Shown: positions 1-12,314, counted from the stretch's first letter. The stretch is DNA of 24,000 nt from Sediminihaliea sp. (GCA_965222335.1 OZ244944.1:2761688-2785687), one strand, 5' to 3'. Numbers and translations are program-made. Notes: generated from the letters alone by a model not told the origin.

Positions 1-1
1 C

Positions 2-4081
<4,080 letters not shown>

Positions 4082-4083
4082 GC

Positions 4084-4100
4084 GCCCCCCGAAAGGGGGC
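4084..4100 (+). other. GC-rich stem-loop directly after the rpoC stop (GCCCCC-CGAAA-GGGGGC)
   Basis: A 6-bp G/C stem pairs 4084-4089 with 4095-4100 around a 5-nt loop. No U-tract follows, so it is not a canonical terminator alone. It may be an mRNA 3'-end stabiliser ahead of the main terminator. Confidence 0.5.
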
Positions 4101-4103
4101 TCC

Positions 4104-4154
4104 AAAAAGGGGTCAGATCCCATTTACAATAAATGGGATCTGACCCCTTTTTTT
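4104..4154. terminator. Bidirectional-type intrinsic terminator after rpoC (palindrome E1)
   Basis: A5 lies at 4104-4108. A perfect 17-bp stem pairs GGGGTCAGATCCCATTT (4109-4125) with AAATGGGATCTGACCCC (4131-4147) around loop ACAAT. T7 follows at 4148-4154. Confidence 0.88.
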
Positions 4155-4255
4155 ATTCCTGGCGAAAAACCATACATAGACTAAGGTTTTACTACCTGTG
4201 CGAACAGCGGTAGGTCACGGGCATGTTCCCAAACTAGCTAATCAGGTATCAAATC

Positions 4256-5020
4256 ATGAATAATATAAAGAAAATCAGTGTGTTGGGGGTTGCAGTCTGC
4301 TGCTTGTATGCGCCCCTGGGCTGGAGCCAGCCCGCCAACGGCGTAACCCCCATCGAGCTTTTCGCCTGCGATTACCGCGATGGCAAAGGTATGCAGGACC
4401 TCCTGGACGTTGCCAAAACCTTCGACAAATGGGCCACGGACAACGACGCCCAGTACGCGGCCTGGATCATCACCCCGGAATTCCGCACCGCCGAGGACGG
4501 CTTCGATGTTGGCTGGATCGGTTCCTGGCCGAGCGGCGCCGCCATGGGCAGCGGCCTGGACACCTGGGTCAGCAAGGGCGGCAAGGTCGCGGCCGCCTTC
4601 GACAAGGTCATCGACTGCAGCGACTCCCATGCCTTGATGGCGGGGCATACCGTCTATGCGCCCGACGGGCCTATTGCCGACAGTGACAGTGTGGTCTGGT
4701 TTTCCAGCTGCACGCTGGAAGAGGGGGTCTCCATGGGAGAAGCCCTCGCGGCTCACGGCGAGTCCTCTGGCATGATGCGCGGCATGGGCAGCGAGGCCCT
4801 GTCATGGGTATTCACCCCGGCCCTCGGCGCGGGCGATATGGACTTCGATTACTACAGCGTCGTGGGACATCCCAGCCGTGCGGCCCTGGGGGCCAATTTC
4901 GACCGCTTCTACAACGGGGGCGGCTGGCAGAAATCGGCGGACATCATGGCCGACGTGGCAAGCTGTGACAGCCCGCGCCTGTACCATGCGCACCCGGTGC
5001 GTTCTGGCGCTGGCGGCTAG
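4256..5020 (+). CDS. Secreted/periplasmic protein of unknown function with an internal tandem duplication (254 aa)
   Basis: The ORF is bracketed by terminators at 4104-4154 and 5040-5073. The N-terminus is a Sec signal peptide (MNNIKKISVLGVAVCCLYAPLGWS|QP). Two ~105-aa halves align with each other (W-[IV]-[IF]-T-P, FD, PS-x-AA-[ML]-G, GG, and Cys at equivalent positions), which argues for selection at the protein level. The SD is weak (AGG at 4244-4246). I recognise no named family. Confidence 0.8.
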   Translation: MNNIKKISVLGVAVCCLYAPLGWSQPANGVTPIELFACDYRDGKGMQDLLDVAKTFDKWATDNDAQYAAWIITPEFRTAEDGFDVGWIGSWPSGAAMGSGLDTWVSKGGKVAAAFDKVIDCSDSHALMAGHTVYAPDGPIADSDSVVWFSSCTLEEGVSMGEALAAHGESSGMMRGMGSEALSWVFTPALGAGDMDFDYYSVVGHPSRAALGANFDRFYNGGGWQKSADIMADVASCDSPRLYHAHPVRSGAGG

Positions 5021-5039
5021 CCCGGTAGTCCTTCCCGAG

Positions 5040-5073
5040 GAGGGTGGCGGGCATCTCCCGCCACCCTCGTTTT
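5040..5073 (+). terminator. Intrinsic terminator of the 254-aa gene
   Basis: A 12-bp stem pairs GAGGGTGGCGGG (5040-5051) with CCCGCCACCCTC (5057-5068) around loop CATCT. One spacer nt (G5069) and then T4 (5070-5073) follow. Confidence 0.8.
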
Positions 5074-5089
5074 CGCCCTGCTTTCCTGC

Positions 5090-5118
5090 TTGACTCTACC
5101 CGGACCCGTCTATAGAAT
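5090..5118 (+). promoter_or_regulatory. Sigma70 promoter of the str operon (rpsL-rpsG-fusA-tuf)
   Basis: TTGACT (5090-5095), 17-nt spacer, TAGAAT (5113-5118). A GC-rich discriminator (GCCGCC) follows. The promoter lies about 160 nt upstream of rpsL. Confidence 0.72.
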
Positions 5119-5279
5119 GCCGCCTCCTCTTTCCCGGGGTGTCTTCGTTCGTCTTCAGGCTTTGCCTGTGGGGCGCTCTTCGAGGTGCCGGGTGGCGGTG
5201 AAGCGGGGTCCTGCTTCCGGCCGTTGAGGGTAGCCGCAAGGCTATGAAACTAAACGAAATATTTTGGAGTTTTAACTGA

Positions 5280-5651
5280 ATGGCAACGATCAACCAATTG
5301 GTTCGTAAGCCTCGGAAACGCAAAGTAGAAAAGAGCGACGTGCCCGCCCTGCAGAGCTGTCCGCAGCGCCGCGGCGTGTGCACCCGCGTCTACACGACGA
5401 CCCCGAAGAAGCCAAACTCCGCGCTGCGTAAAGTCTGCCGTGTGCGCCTGACCAACGGTTACGAAGTGTCTTCGTACATCGGCGGTGAGGGCCACAACCT
5501 GCAGGAACACAGTGTGGTGCTGATTCGTGGCGGCCGTGTAAAGGACCTGCCGGGTGTGCGCTATCACACCGTGCGGGGCAGCCTGGATACCTCCGGAGTA
5601 TCGGACCGTCGTAACGGCCGCTCCAAGTACGGTGCCAAGCGTCCCAAGTAA
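5280..5651 (+). CDS. rpsL: 30S ribosomal protein S12
   Basis: 123 aa. [15 protein letters not shown]..., [13 protein letters not shown] and [14 protein letters not shown] blocks are near-identical to E. coli S12. A GGAG SD lies upstream. Confidence 0.99.
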   Translation: MATINQLVRKPRKRKVEKSDVPALQSCPQRRGVCTRVYTTTPKKPNSALRKVCRVRLTNGYEVSSYIGGEGHNLQEHSVVLIRGGRVKDLPGVRYHTVRGSLDTSGVSDRRNGRSKYGAKRPK

Positions 5652-5762
5652 GTCCCTGGGCGTTACCAGCATACGATGTAAGTAAGGCCGAACCCCTGCC
5701 TCCCCCGCCTTTGTGGCAGGTCGGTGTTCGGATCAACCTGAAGAGAGAAAAGGGCAAAGAAT

Positions 5763-6233
5763 ATGCCAAGAAGACGTGTAGTCGCCAAGCGCGAAGTATT
5801 GCCGGATCCCAAGTACGGCAATGTGCAGCTGGCAAAATTCATGAACCACGTAATGATCAGTGGTAAGAAATCTGTCGCCGAGACCATCGTTTACGGGGCG
5901 CTGGATATTGTTCACGAGAAGCTGAACAAGGATCCGATCGAAGCCTTTGACGAGGCCCTGGAAAACATCGCGCCCATGGTGGAAGTAAAGTCCCGCCGTG
6001 TGGGTGGTGCGACCTACCAGGTACCGGTTGAAGTGCGTCCCGCCCGCCGCATCGCGCTGTCCATGCGCTGGCTGGTGGAGTACGCCCGTAACCGCGGCGA
6101 GAAGTCCATGCGGCAGCGCCTCGCGGGCGAGATCATCGACGCGTCCCAGGGTAAGGGGAATGCGGTCCGCAAGCGCGAGGATGTGCACCGGATGGCAGAA
6201 GCCAACAAGGCTTTCTCTCACTACCGTTTTTAA
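5763..6233 (+). CDS. rpsG: 30S ribosomal protein S7
   Basis: 156 aa. [19 protein letters not shown]... is the S7 N-terminus. It follows rpsL after a 111-nt spacer, as in the str operon. Confidence 0.99.
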   Translation: MPRRRVVAKREVLPDPKYGNVQLAKFMNHVMISGKKSVAETIVYGALDIVHEKLNKDPIEAFDEALENIAPMVEVKSRRVGGATYQVPVEVRPARRIALSMRWLVEYARNRGEKSMRQRLAGEIIDASQGKGNAVRKREDVHRMAEANKAFSHYRF

Positions 6234-6302
6234 TTTGTTGCCCTGGTGCCTCGCCGCCGGCTGGCGTCGGGGCACCACCAACCAGCAATTGGGGATTTAA
6301 TT

Positions 6303-8414
6303 GTGGCACGAAAGACTCCTATCAAACGGTACCGGAATATCGGTATCTGCGCGCACGTGGATGCGGGCAAAACGACCACCACGGAACGCGTGCTGTTCTA
6401 CACCGGCCTGTCGCACAAGATTGGCGAGGTGCATGACGGCGCGGCGACCATGGACTGGATGGAGCAGGAGCAGGAGCGTGGTATCACCATTACCTCCGCT
6501 GCGACCACCTGCTTCTGGCGCGGTATGGACGCCCAGTTCGACGAGCACCGGATCAACATCATCGACACCCCCGGGCACGTGGATTTTACCATTGAGGTAG
6601 AACGGTCCCTGCGGGTGCTGGACGGTGCCGTGGTGGTGCTGTGTGGCTCCTCCGGCGTACAGCCCCAGACCGAGACGGTCTGGCGCCAGGCCAACAAGTA
6701 CGAAGTGCCCCGGATGGTCTTCGTCAACAAGATGGACCGTGCCGGTGCTGACTTCCGCCGGGTGATCGCGCAGTTGAAAGAGCGCCTGGGCGCCAATGCC
6801 GTGCCCCTGCAGATGACCATCGGTTCCGAGGATGAATTCCGCGGCGTGGTCGATCTGGTCAAGAACAAGGCCATACTCTGGAGTGAGGAAGACCAGGGCA
6901 TGACCTTCGAGTACGGTGAAATCCCCGCAGAGATTGCGGACGAAGTCGCCGAGATGCGCGAGTACATGATCGAGGCGGCCGCCGAGGCCAACGAAGAGCT
7001 CATGGAAAAATATCTCGAGGGCGGGGAGCTGACCGAGGAAGAGATCAAAATGGGCATCCGTACCCGCACCCTGGCCAACGAGATCGTCCCGGTACTGGGT
7101 GGTTCGGCGTTCAAGAACAAGGGCGTGCAGGCGGTGCTGGATGCGGTGATCGAGTATATGCCGTCACCCACCGAGGTGCGCGCGATTGAAGGTCACCTGC
7201 TGGATGCGGACGAGACCATCGAGACCCGCGAGGCCGATGACGATGCACCGTTCTCGGCGCTGGCATTCAAGATTGCGACGGACCCCTTCGTGGGCACCCT
7301 GACGTTTTTCCGGGTTTACTCCGGCAAACTGGAATCCGGCACCGGCATCTTCAACTCCGTGAAGGAGAAAAAGGAGCGCGTGGGCCGGATGGTGCAAATG
7401 CACTCCAACAGCCGCGAAGAGATCAAGGAAGTGTGGGCGGGCGACATCGCCGCTGCCGTCGGCCTGAAAGACGTCACCACCGGTGACACTCTGTGCAGCA
7501 TGGAAAAGCCCATCGTTCTCGAGCGCATGGAGTTCCCGGAGCCGGTGATCTCCGTGGCGGTGGAGCCCAAGTCAAAGGCGGATCAGGAAAAAATGGGTAT
7601 CGCCCTGGGTAAACTGGCCCAGGAAGACCCTTCCTTCCGGGTCAAGACCGACGAGGAAACCGGCCAGACCATCATCTCCGGTATGGGCGAGCTGCACCTG
7701 GATATCCTGGTGGATCGCATGCGCCGCGAGTTCAACGTCGAGGCGAATATCGGCAAGCCGCAGGTGGCCTACCGTGAGGCGATCCGCAATCGCTCCGAGA
7801 TTGAAGGCAAGTTTGTACGCCAGTCGGGCGGTCGCGGCCAGTACGGCCACGTCTGGATCCGCTACGAACCGGGCGAGGACGAGAACGCTGAAGGCCTGGA
7901 GTTCGTCAACGAGATCGTTGGCGGCGTGGTGCCCAAGGAATACATTCCTGCGGTACAGAAGGGTATCGAAGAACAGATGCAGAACGGCGTGCTTGCGGGT
8001 TATCCGCTGCTGGGCCTGAAAGCGACCCTGTACGATGGCTCTTTCCACGACGTGGACTCCAACGAAATGGCGTTCAAGATCGCCGCCAGCATGGCGACCA
8101 AGAAGCTCTCCTCCGAGGGTGGCGCGGTCCTGCTGGAGCCGATCATGAAAGTGGAAGTGGTGACGCCCGAGGAAAACATGGGTGACGTGGTCGGTGACCT
8201 CAACCGTCGCCGCGGCATGATCGCGGGGATGGACGAGAGCGTTTCCGGCAAGGTCATCAATGCCGAGGTACCGCTGGCGGAGATGTTCGGCTATGCCACC
8301 GACCTGCGCAGCGCGACCCAGGGCCGGGCGACCTACACCATGGAGTTCATGAAGTACTCCGAGGCGCCCAACAACATCGCCCAGGAAATCATTTCCAAGA
8401 GCGGAAACAACTAA
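6303..8414 (+). CDS. fusA: Elongation factor G
   Basis: GTG at 6303 gives [31 protein letters not shown] (EF-G N-terminus with the G1 motif), 703 aa. A GGGGA SD lies 8-12 nt upstream. The track start at 6246 adds 19 non-conserved residues. Confidence 0.97.
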   Translation: MARKTPIKRYRNIGICAHVDAGKTTTTERVLFYTGLSHKIGEVHDGAATMDWMEQEQERGITITSAATTCFWRGMDAQFDEHRINIIDTPGHVDFTIEVERSLRVLDGAVVVLCGSSGVQPQTETVWRQANKYEVPRMVFVNKMDRAGADFRRVIAQLKERLGANAVPLQMTIGSEDEFRGVVDLVKNKAILWSEEDQGMTFEYGEIPAEIADEVAEMREYMIEAAAEANEELMEKYLEGGELTEEEIKMGIRTRTLANEIVPVLGGSAFKNKGVQAVLDAVIEYMPSPTEVRAIEGHLLDADETIETREADDDAPFSALAFKIATDPFVGTLTFFRVYSGKLESGTGIFNSVKEKKERVGRMVQMHSNSREEIKEVWAGDIAAAVGLKDVTTGDTLCSMEKPIVLERMEFPEPVISVAVEPKSKADQEKMGIALGKLAQEDPSFRVKTDEETGQTIISGMGELHLDILVDRMRREFNVEANIGKPQVAYREAIRNRSEIEGKFVRQSGGRGQYGHVWIRYEPGEDENAEGLEFVNEIVGGVVPKEYIPAVQKGIEEQMQNGVLAGYPLLGLKATLYDGSFHDVDSNEMAFKIAASMATKKLSSEGGAVLLEPIMKVEVVTPEENMGDVVGDLNRRRGMIAGMDESVSGKVINAEVPLAEMFGYATDLRSATQGRATYTMEFMKYSEAPNNIAQEIISKSGNN

Positions 8415-8443
8415 ATTCAGCTATCTCACAGAGGTGACTTAAA

Positions 8444-9670
<1,227 letters not shown>

Positions 9671-9697
9671 ACCTCCAGGATCCACCGCCACACCCCG

Positions 9698-9725
9698 AAA
9701 GCCCGGCCATGCGCCGGGCTTTTTT
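9698..9725. terminator. Intrinsic terminator after tuf (may also serve the convergent TM2 gene)
   Basis: The stem pairs GCCCGGC (9701-9707) with GCCGGGC (9713-9719) around loop CATGC. AAA lies 5' and T6 (9720-9725) lies 3'. In reverse it reads hairpin+TTTC, a weaker terminator. Confidence 0.85.
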
Positions 9726-9834
9726 ATGCCCATGGATGGCCGGTGCCGAACGCGGCATGGACGGCCCGCTGTTAGCGTGTCCCGGGAGGCGTATCCTCAG
9801 TTCGCGCCCGAGCTACGGAGTGACATATCGGCGA

Positions 9835-10233
9835 CTAGCGGTGCCGATTCAGCTCCGATATCTGCCCATTGAGCGTGAGAAAGTCGTACAGCACGCCGAG
9901 GCCGAAAAGGCCCAGGGTCAGCAAGTAGAGAAGGCCGGTGAAGATCTTGCCCATGTAGAAGCGGTGTACGCCGAAGACGCCGAGGAAGGTGAGCAGGATC
10001 CAGGCGAGGTCGTAGTCGGTGGGGCCGGCGTCGTATTTGTAGTCCGCCTCCCGCGACATGGCCGGAATCAGGAACAGGTCGATAATCCAGCCGACCAGGA
10101 GCAGGCCCACGGTGAAGAACCAGATCACCCCGGTGATCTGCTTTCCATAATAGAAGCGGTGGGCGCCGATAAAGCCGAAAATCCACAGCAGATAGCCCAT
10201 GAATACCGAGTGGCTGGGGGTCTCTCTTTCCAT
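9835..10233 (-). CDS. Small membrane protein with two TM2-like repeats (132 aa)
   Basis: A strong SD (AGAAGGAG) lies 9 nt before the ATG at 10233. Two repeats carry the pattern G-x-HRFY-x-GK-x2-TG ... G-x3-D-x-(F)L (FGFIGAHRFYYGKQITG...WIIDLF and LGVFGVHRFYMGKIFTG...VLYDFL), typical of the TM2 domain. Four hydrophobic helices are predicted. The opposite-strand ORF 9709-10239 is low-complexity. Confidence 0.85.
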   Translation of the reverse strand: MERETPSHSVFMGYLLWIFGFIGAHRFYYGKQITGVIWFFTVGLLLVGWIIDLFLIPAMSREADYKYDAGPTDYDLAWILLTFLGVFGVHRFYMGKIFTGLLYLLTLGLFGLGVLYDFLTLNGQISELNRHR

Positions 10234-10302
10234 GGCTGACGACTCCTTCTGGGCTGGCAGTCTGTATGGTCTGCCGGGTGCGGGCGGGCGTCAAGCCGGG
10301 AG

Positions 10303-10385
10303 AAAAGGGGACGCGAAAAAAGGGGACGGATACCTATTTCACCAGGAAATAGGTATCCGTCCCCTTTTCTAGGTATCCGTCCCCT
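10303..10385. repeat. Composite palindromic element E2 (terminator-like hairpin with duplicated arms)
   Basis: A6 lies at 10316-10321. A perfect 18-bp stem pairs 10322-10339 with 10347-10364 around a 7-nt loop, followed by T4 (10365-10368). AAAAGGGGACG is directly repeated at 10303-10313 and 10318-10328. AGGTATCCGTCCCCT is directly repeated at 10351-10365 and 10371-10385. Confidence 0.8.
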
Positions 10386-10495
10386 CGAGTGTGGAAAATT
10401 ACCGCTTGCACCCCACCCCAGAACTGCCATAATGCGCGCCGGCAAACGCCCATGGAAATAAGTCGGACTCACCGAAACTATTTGCCATCGCCTGG

Positions 10496-10524
10496 TTGAC
10501 AGCCATCAGGTCGGTCTATAGAAT
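10496..10524 (+). promoter_or_regulatory. Sigma70 promoter of the S10 operon
   Basis: TTGACA (10496-10501), 17-nt spacer, TAGAAT (10519-10524). It shares the GTCTATAGAAT context with the str promoter. A GC-rich discriminator (TCGCG) follows. Confidence 0.75.
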
Positions 10525-10590
10525 TCGCGTTCCTTTTTCGGGGGGCTCCCTTGCGGGTCTCTGGTTTTTTATTGATTGGAGTTAGTTCAG

Positions 10591-10902
10591 GTGCAGAATC
10601 AAAGCATTCGAATTCGCCTTAAGGCTTTTGACCACCGACTGATCGACATGTCGACTCAGGAGATCGTGGAAACAGCGCGCCGCACCGGTGCGCAGGTCAA
10701 GGGTCCTATCCCCCTTCCCACCCGGAAGGAGAAGTACACCGTGCTGGTTTCCCCGCACGTCAACAAGGACGCCCGTGACCAGTACGAGATCCGTACCCAC
10801 AAGCGCCTGTTGGACATTGTGGAGCCTACTGAAAAGACAGTAGACGCCCTGATGAAGTTGGACCTGGCAGCAGGTGTAGAAGTACAAATCAGTCTTGGCT
10901 AA
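10591..10902 (+). CDS. rpsJ: 30S ribosomal protein S10
   Basis: GTG at 10591 gives [19 protein letters not shown], 103 aa, the same length and N-terminus as E. coli S10. A TGGAG SD lies 9-10 nt upstream. The track's TTG start at 10576 adds 5 residues. Confidence 0.96.
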   Translation: MQNQSIRIRLKAFDHRLIDMSTQEIVETARRTGAQVKGPIPLPTRKEKYTVLVSPHVNKDARDQYEIRTHKRLLDIVEPTEKTVDALMKLDLAAGVEVQISLG

Positions 10903-11042
10903 CGACAATTCGTAGCAAGACCTGCCCGGCCACCACAATGTGGCCGGGTGTGTAACGCCCGGCACTGTGCAGCAAGCTTTTTATAGCAAGCAAGGCGGGG
11001 CGGCCATAGAGGGTAAGCCCCGTACACTGAGAGGTTAGTAAA

Positions 11043-11678
11043 ATGACTATTGGCTTAGTCGGCCGTAAGTCCGGTATGACTCGCGTCTTTACCGAAGACG
11101 GCGCATCCATTCCAGTAACCGTAGTGGAGGTTTCTCCAAACCGCGTTACTCAGATCAAAGAGCTCGAGAGCGATGGCTACCGGGCAATCCAGGTCACTGC
11201 GGGCAATCGCAAGGCCTCAAGAGTGAGTAAATCAGAAGCCGGCCACTTCGCGAAAGCGGGCGTGGAAGCGGGTCTCGGTTTGTGGGAATTCCGTCTCGAT
11301 GGCTCCGATGAAGCCTTCGAGGTTGGCGTTGAGCTGACCGTGGAGCGCTTCGAGGCCGGCCAGAAGGTCGATGTCGCGGGCAAATCCAAGGGCAAGGGCT
11401 TCCAGGGCGCGATCAAGCGCTGGAACTTCCGCACCCAGGACGCTACTCACGGTAACTCCCTGTCGCACCGCGCGCCCGGTTCCATCGGCCAGTGCCAGAC
11501 ACCGGGTCGCGTGTTCAAGGGCAAGAAGATGGCAGGCCACATGGGGTCCGAGAGCGTGACCACGCATGGCCTGGAAGTCGTGCGCGTTGATGTCGAGCGT
11601 AACCTGCTTCTCATCAAAGGCGCCGTCCCCGGTGCACCCGGCGGTGACGTTATCGTGCGTCCCGCGGTCAAGGCTTAA
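11043..11678 (+). CDS. rplC: 50S ribosomal protein L3
   Basis: 211 aa. [20 protein letters not shown] matches the L3 N-terminus. A GAGG SD lies upstream. Confidence 0.98.
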   Translation: MTIGLVGRKSGMTRVFTEDGASIPVTVVEVSPNRVTQIKELESDGYRAIQVTAGNRKASRVSKSEAGHFAKAGVEAGLGLWEFRLDGSDEAFEVGVELTVERFEAGQKVDVAGKSKGKGFQGAIKRWNFRTQDATHGNSLSHRAPGSIGQCQTPGRVFKGKKMAGHMGSESVTTHGLEVVRVDVERNLLLIKGAVPGAPGGDVIVRPAVKA

Positions 11679-11696
11679 GGTTAGGGGGTCTCTAAC

Positions 11697-12314
11697 GTGG
11701 AACTGAATGTAGTCAAGCCGGGCAACGCCGACGCGGGTAAGGTATCCGTGTCAGACGTGGCCTTCGCCCGAGAATTCAACGAGGACCTGGTTCATCAGGT
11801 CGTCACTGCGTACATGGCCGGCGCCCGTCAGGGCACCCGCGCGCAGAAAACCCGCGCCGAAGTGCGTGGCGGTGGCAAGAAGCCCTGGCGCCAGAAAGGC
11901 ACGGGCCGTGCCCGTGCGGGAACCATCCGTTCCCCGATCTGGCGCTCCGGCGGTACCACCTTCGCCGCCAAGCCGCAGGATCACGGCCAGAAAGTAAACC
12001 GCAAGATGTACCGCGCGGCCCTGCGCTCCATCATGTCCGAGCTGGCTCGCCAGGATCGCCTGATGGTTGTCGAGAGTGTCGACGTCGAGGAGCCCAAGAC
12101 CAAGCTGCTGGTCAAGCAGCTGGGTGAATACGGGCTGGACAACGTGCTGATCGTCACCTCGGAAGTGGGTGAAAACCTCTACCTTGCGGCGCGCAACCTG
12201 CACAAGGTCGACGTGCGTGACGTGGACGGCGTGGACCCGGTGAGCCTGATTGCCTACGACAAGGTCATGGTCACCGTGGACGCAGTGAAGAAGTTTGAGG
12301 AGATGCTGGGATGA
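11697..12314 (+). CDS. rplD: 50S ribosomal protein L4
   Basis: GTG start with an AGGGGG SD. The [14 protein letters not shown] and [19 protein letters not shown] blocks match E. coli L4. Confidence 0.98.
   Translation: MELNVVKPGNADAGKVSVSDVAFAREFNEDLVHQVVTAYMAGARQGTRAQKTRAEVRGGGKKPWRQKGTGRARAGTIRSPIWRSGGTTFAAKPQDHGQKVNRKMYRAALRSIMSELARQDRLMVVESVDVEEPKTKLLVKQLGEYGLDNVLIVTSEVGENLYLAARNLHKVDVRDVDGVDPVSLIAYDKVMVTVDAVKKFEEMLG

Noticed and set aside
4095-4103. The 9-mer GGGGGCTCC is shared between the rpoC 3' stem-loop and the S10 leader (10542-10550).
   Set aside because: It is a single short GC-rich match with no flanking similarity, consistent with chance in a GC-rich 24-kb window.
4238-4756. 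A 172-aa minus-strand ORF opposite the 254-aa secreted-protein gene.
   Set aside because: It would run into the rpoC terminator, and it has no signal, motif or SD. The plus-strand frame carries the signal peptide and the internal protein-level duplication.
4104-5073. The idea that the guest genes are integron-type cassettes with E1/E2 as attC-like sites, or are carried by a MITE or transposon.
   Set aside because: I see no GTTRRRY/RYYYAAC core sites, integrase, transposase, terminal inverted repeats flanking the genes, or target-site duplications. The palindromes are perfect, whereas attC sites are imperfect with extrahelical bases.
5280-5651. A check for antibiotic-resistance substitutions: S12 K43/K88 for streptomycin, and the L4 [12 protein letters not shown] loop at 11697-12314 for macrolides.
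   Set aside because: All inspected positions carry the wild-type residues seen in E. coli.
5652-5762. The rpsL-rpsG spacer, examined as the S7 translational operator. A CCTGCC/GGCAGG hairpin pairs 5695-5700 with 5715-5720.
   Set aside because: The spacer length (111 nt) and location fit the E. coli S7 autoregulation site. A single 6-bp stem is not enough to call the operator from sequence alone.
9709-10239. A 176-aa plus-strand ORF overlapping the TM2 gene, and a 165-aa minus-strand ORF (9797-10294) in another frame.
   Set aside because: Only the 9835-10233 minus frame has a strong SD, hydrophobic helices and the repeated HRFY-x-GK signature. The alternatives are Arg/Pro/Gly/Glu-rich shadows of it.
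10125-10472. A 115-aa minus-strand ORF spanning element E2, containing the peptide repeat RPLFSRPLFSR.
   Set aside because: The peptide repeat is just the translation of the duplicated DNA arms. The ORF overlaps the TM2 gene out of frame and has no start context.
10525-10590. The S10 leader, examined as an L4-responsive attenuator. A T6 tract lies at 10565-10570, 21 nt before the rpsJ GTG.
   Set aside because: The leader is only about 65 nt, against about 170 nt in E. coli. The best stem I can draw before the T-run is a 3-bp CCC/GGG (10548-10550 with 10555-10557). The T-run may simply be a U-rich translation enhancer. The sequence alone does not support an attenuator.
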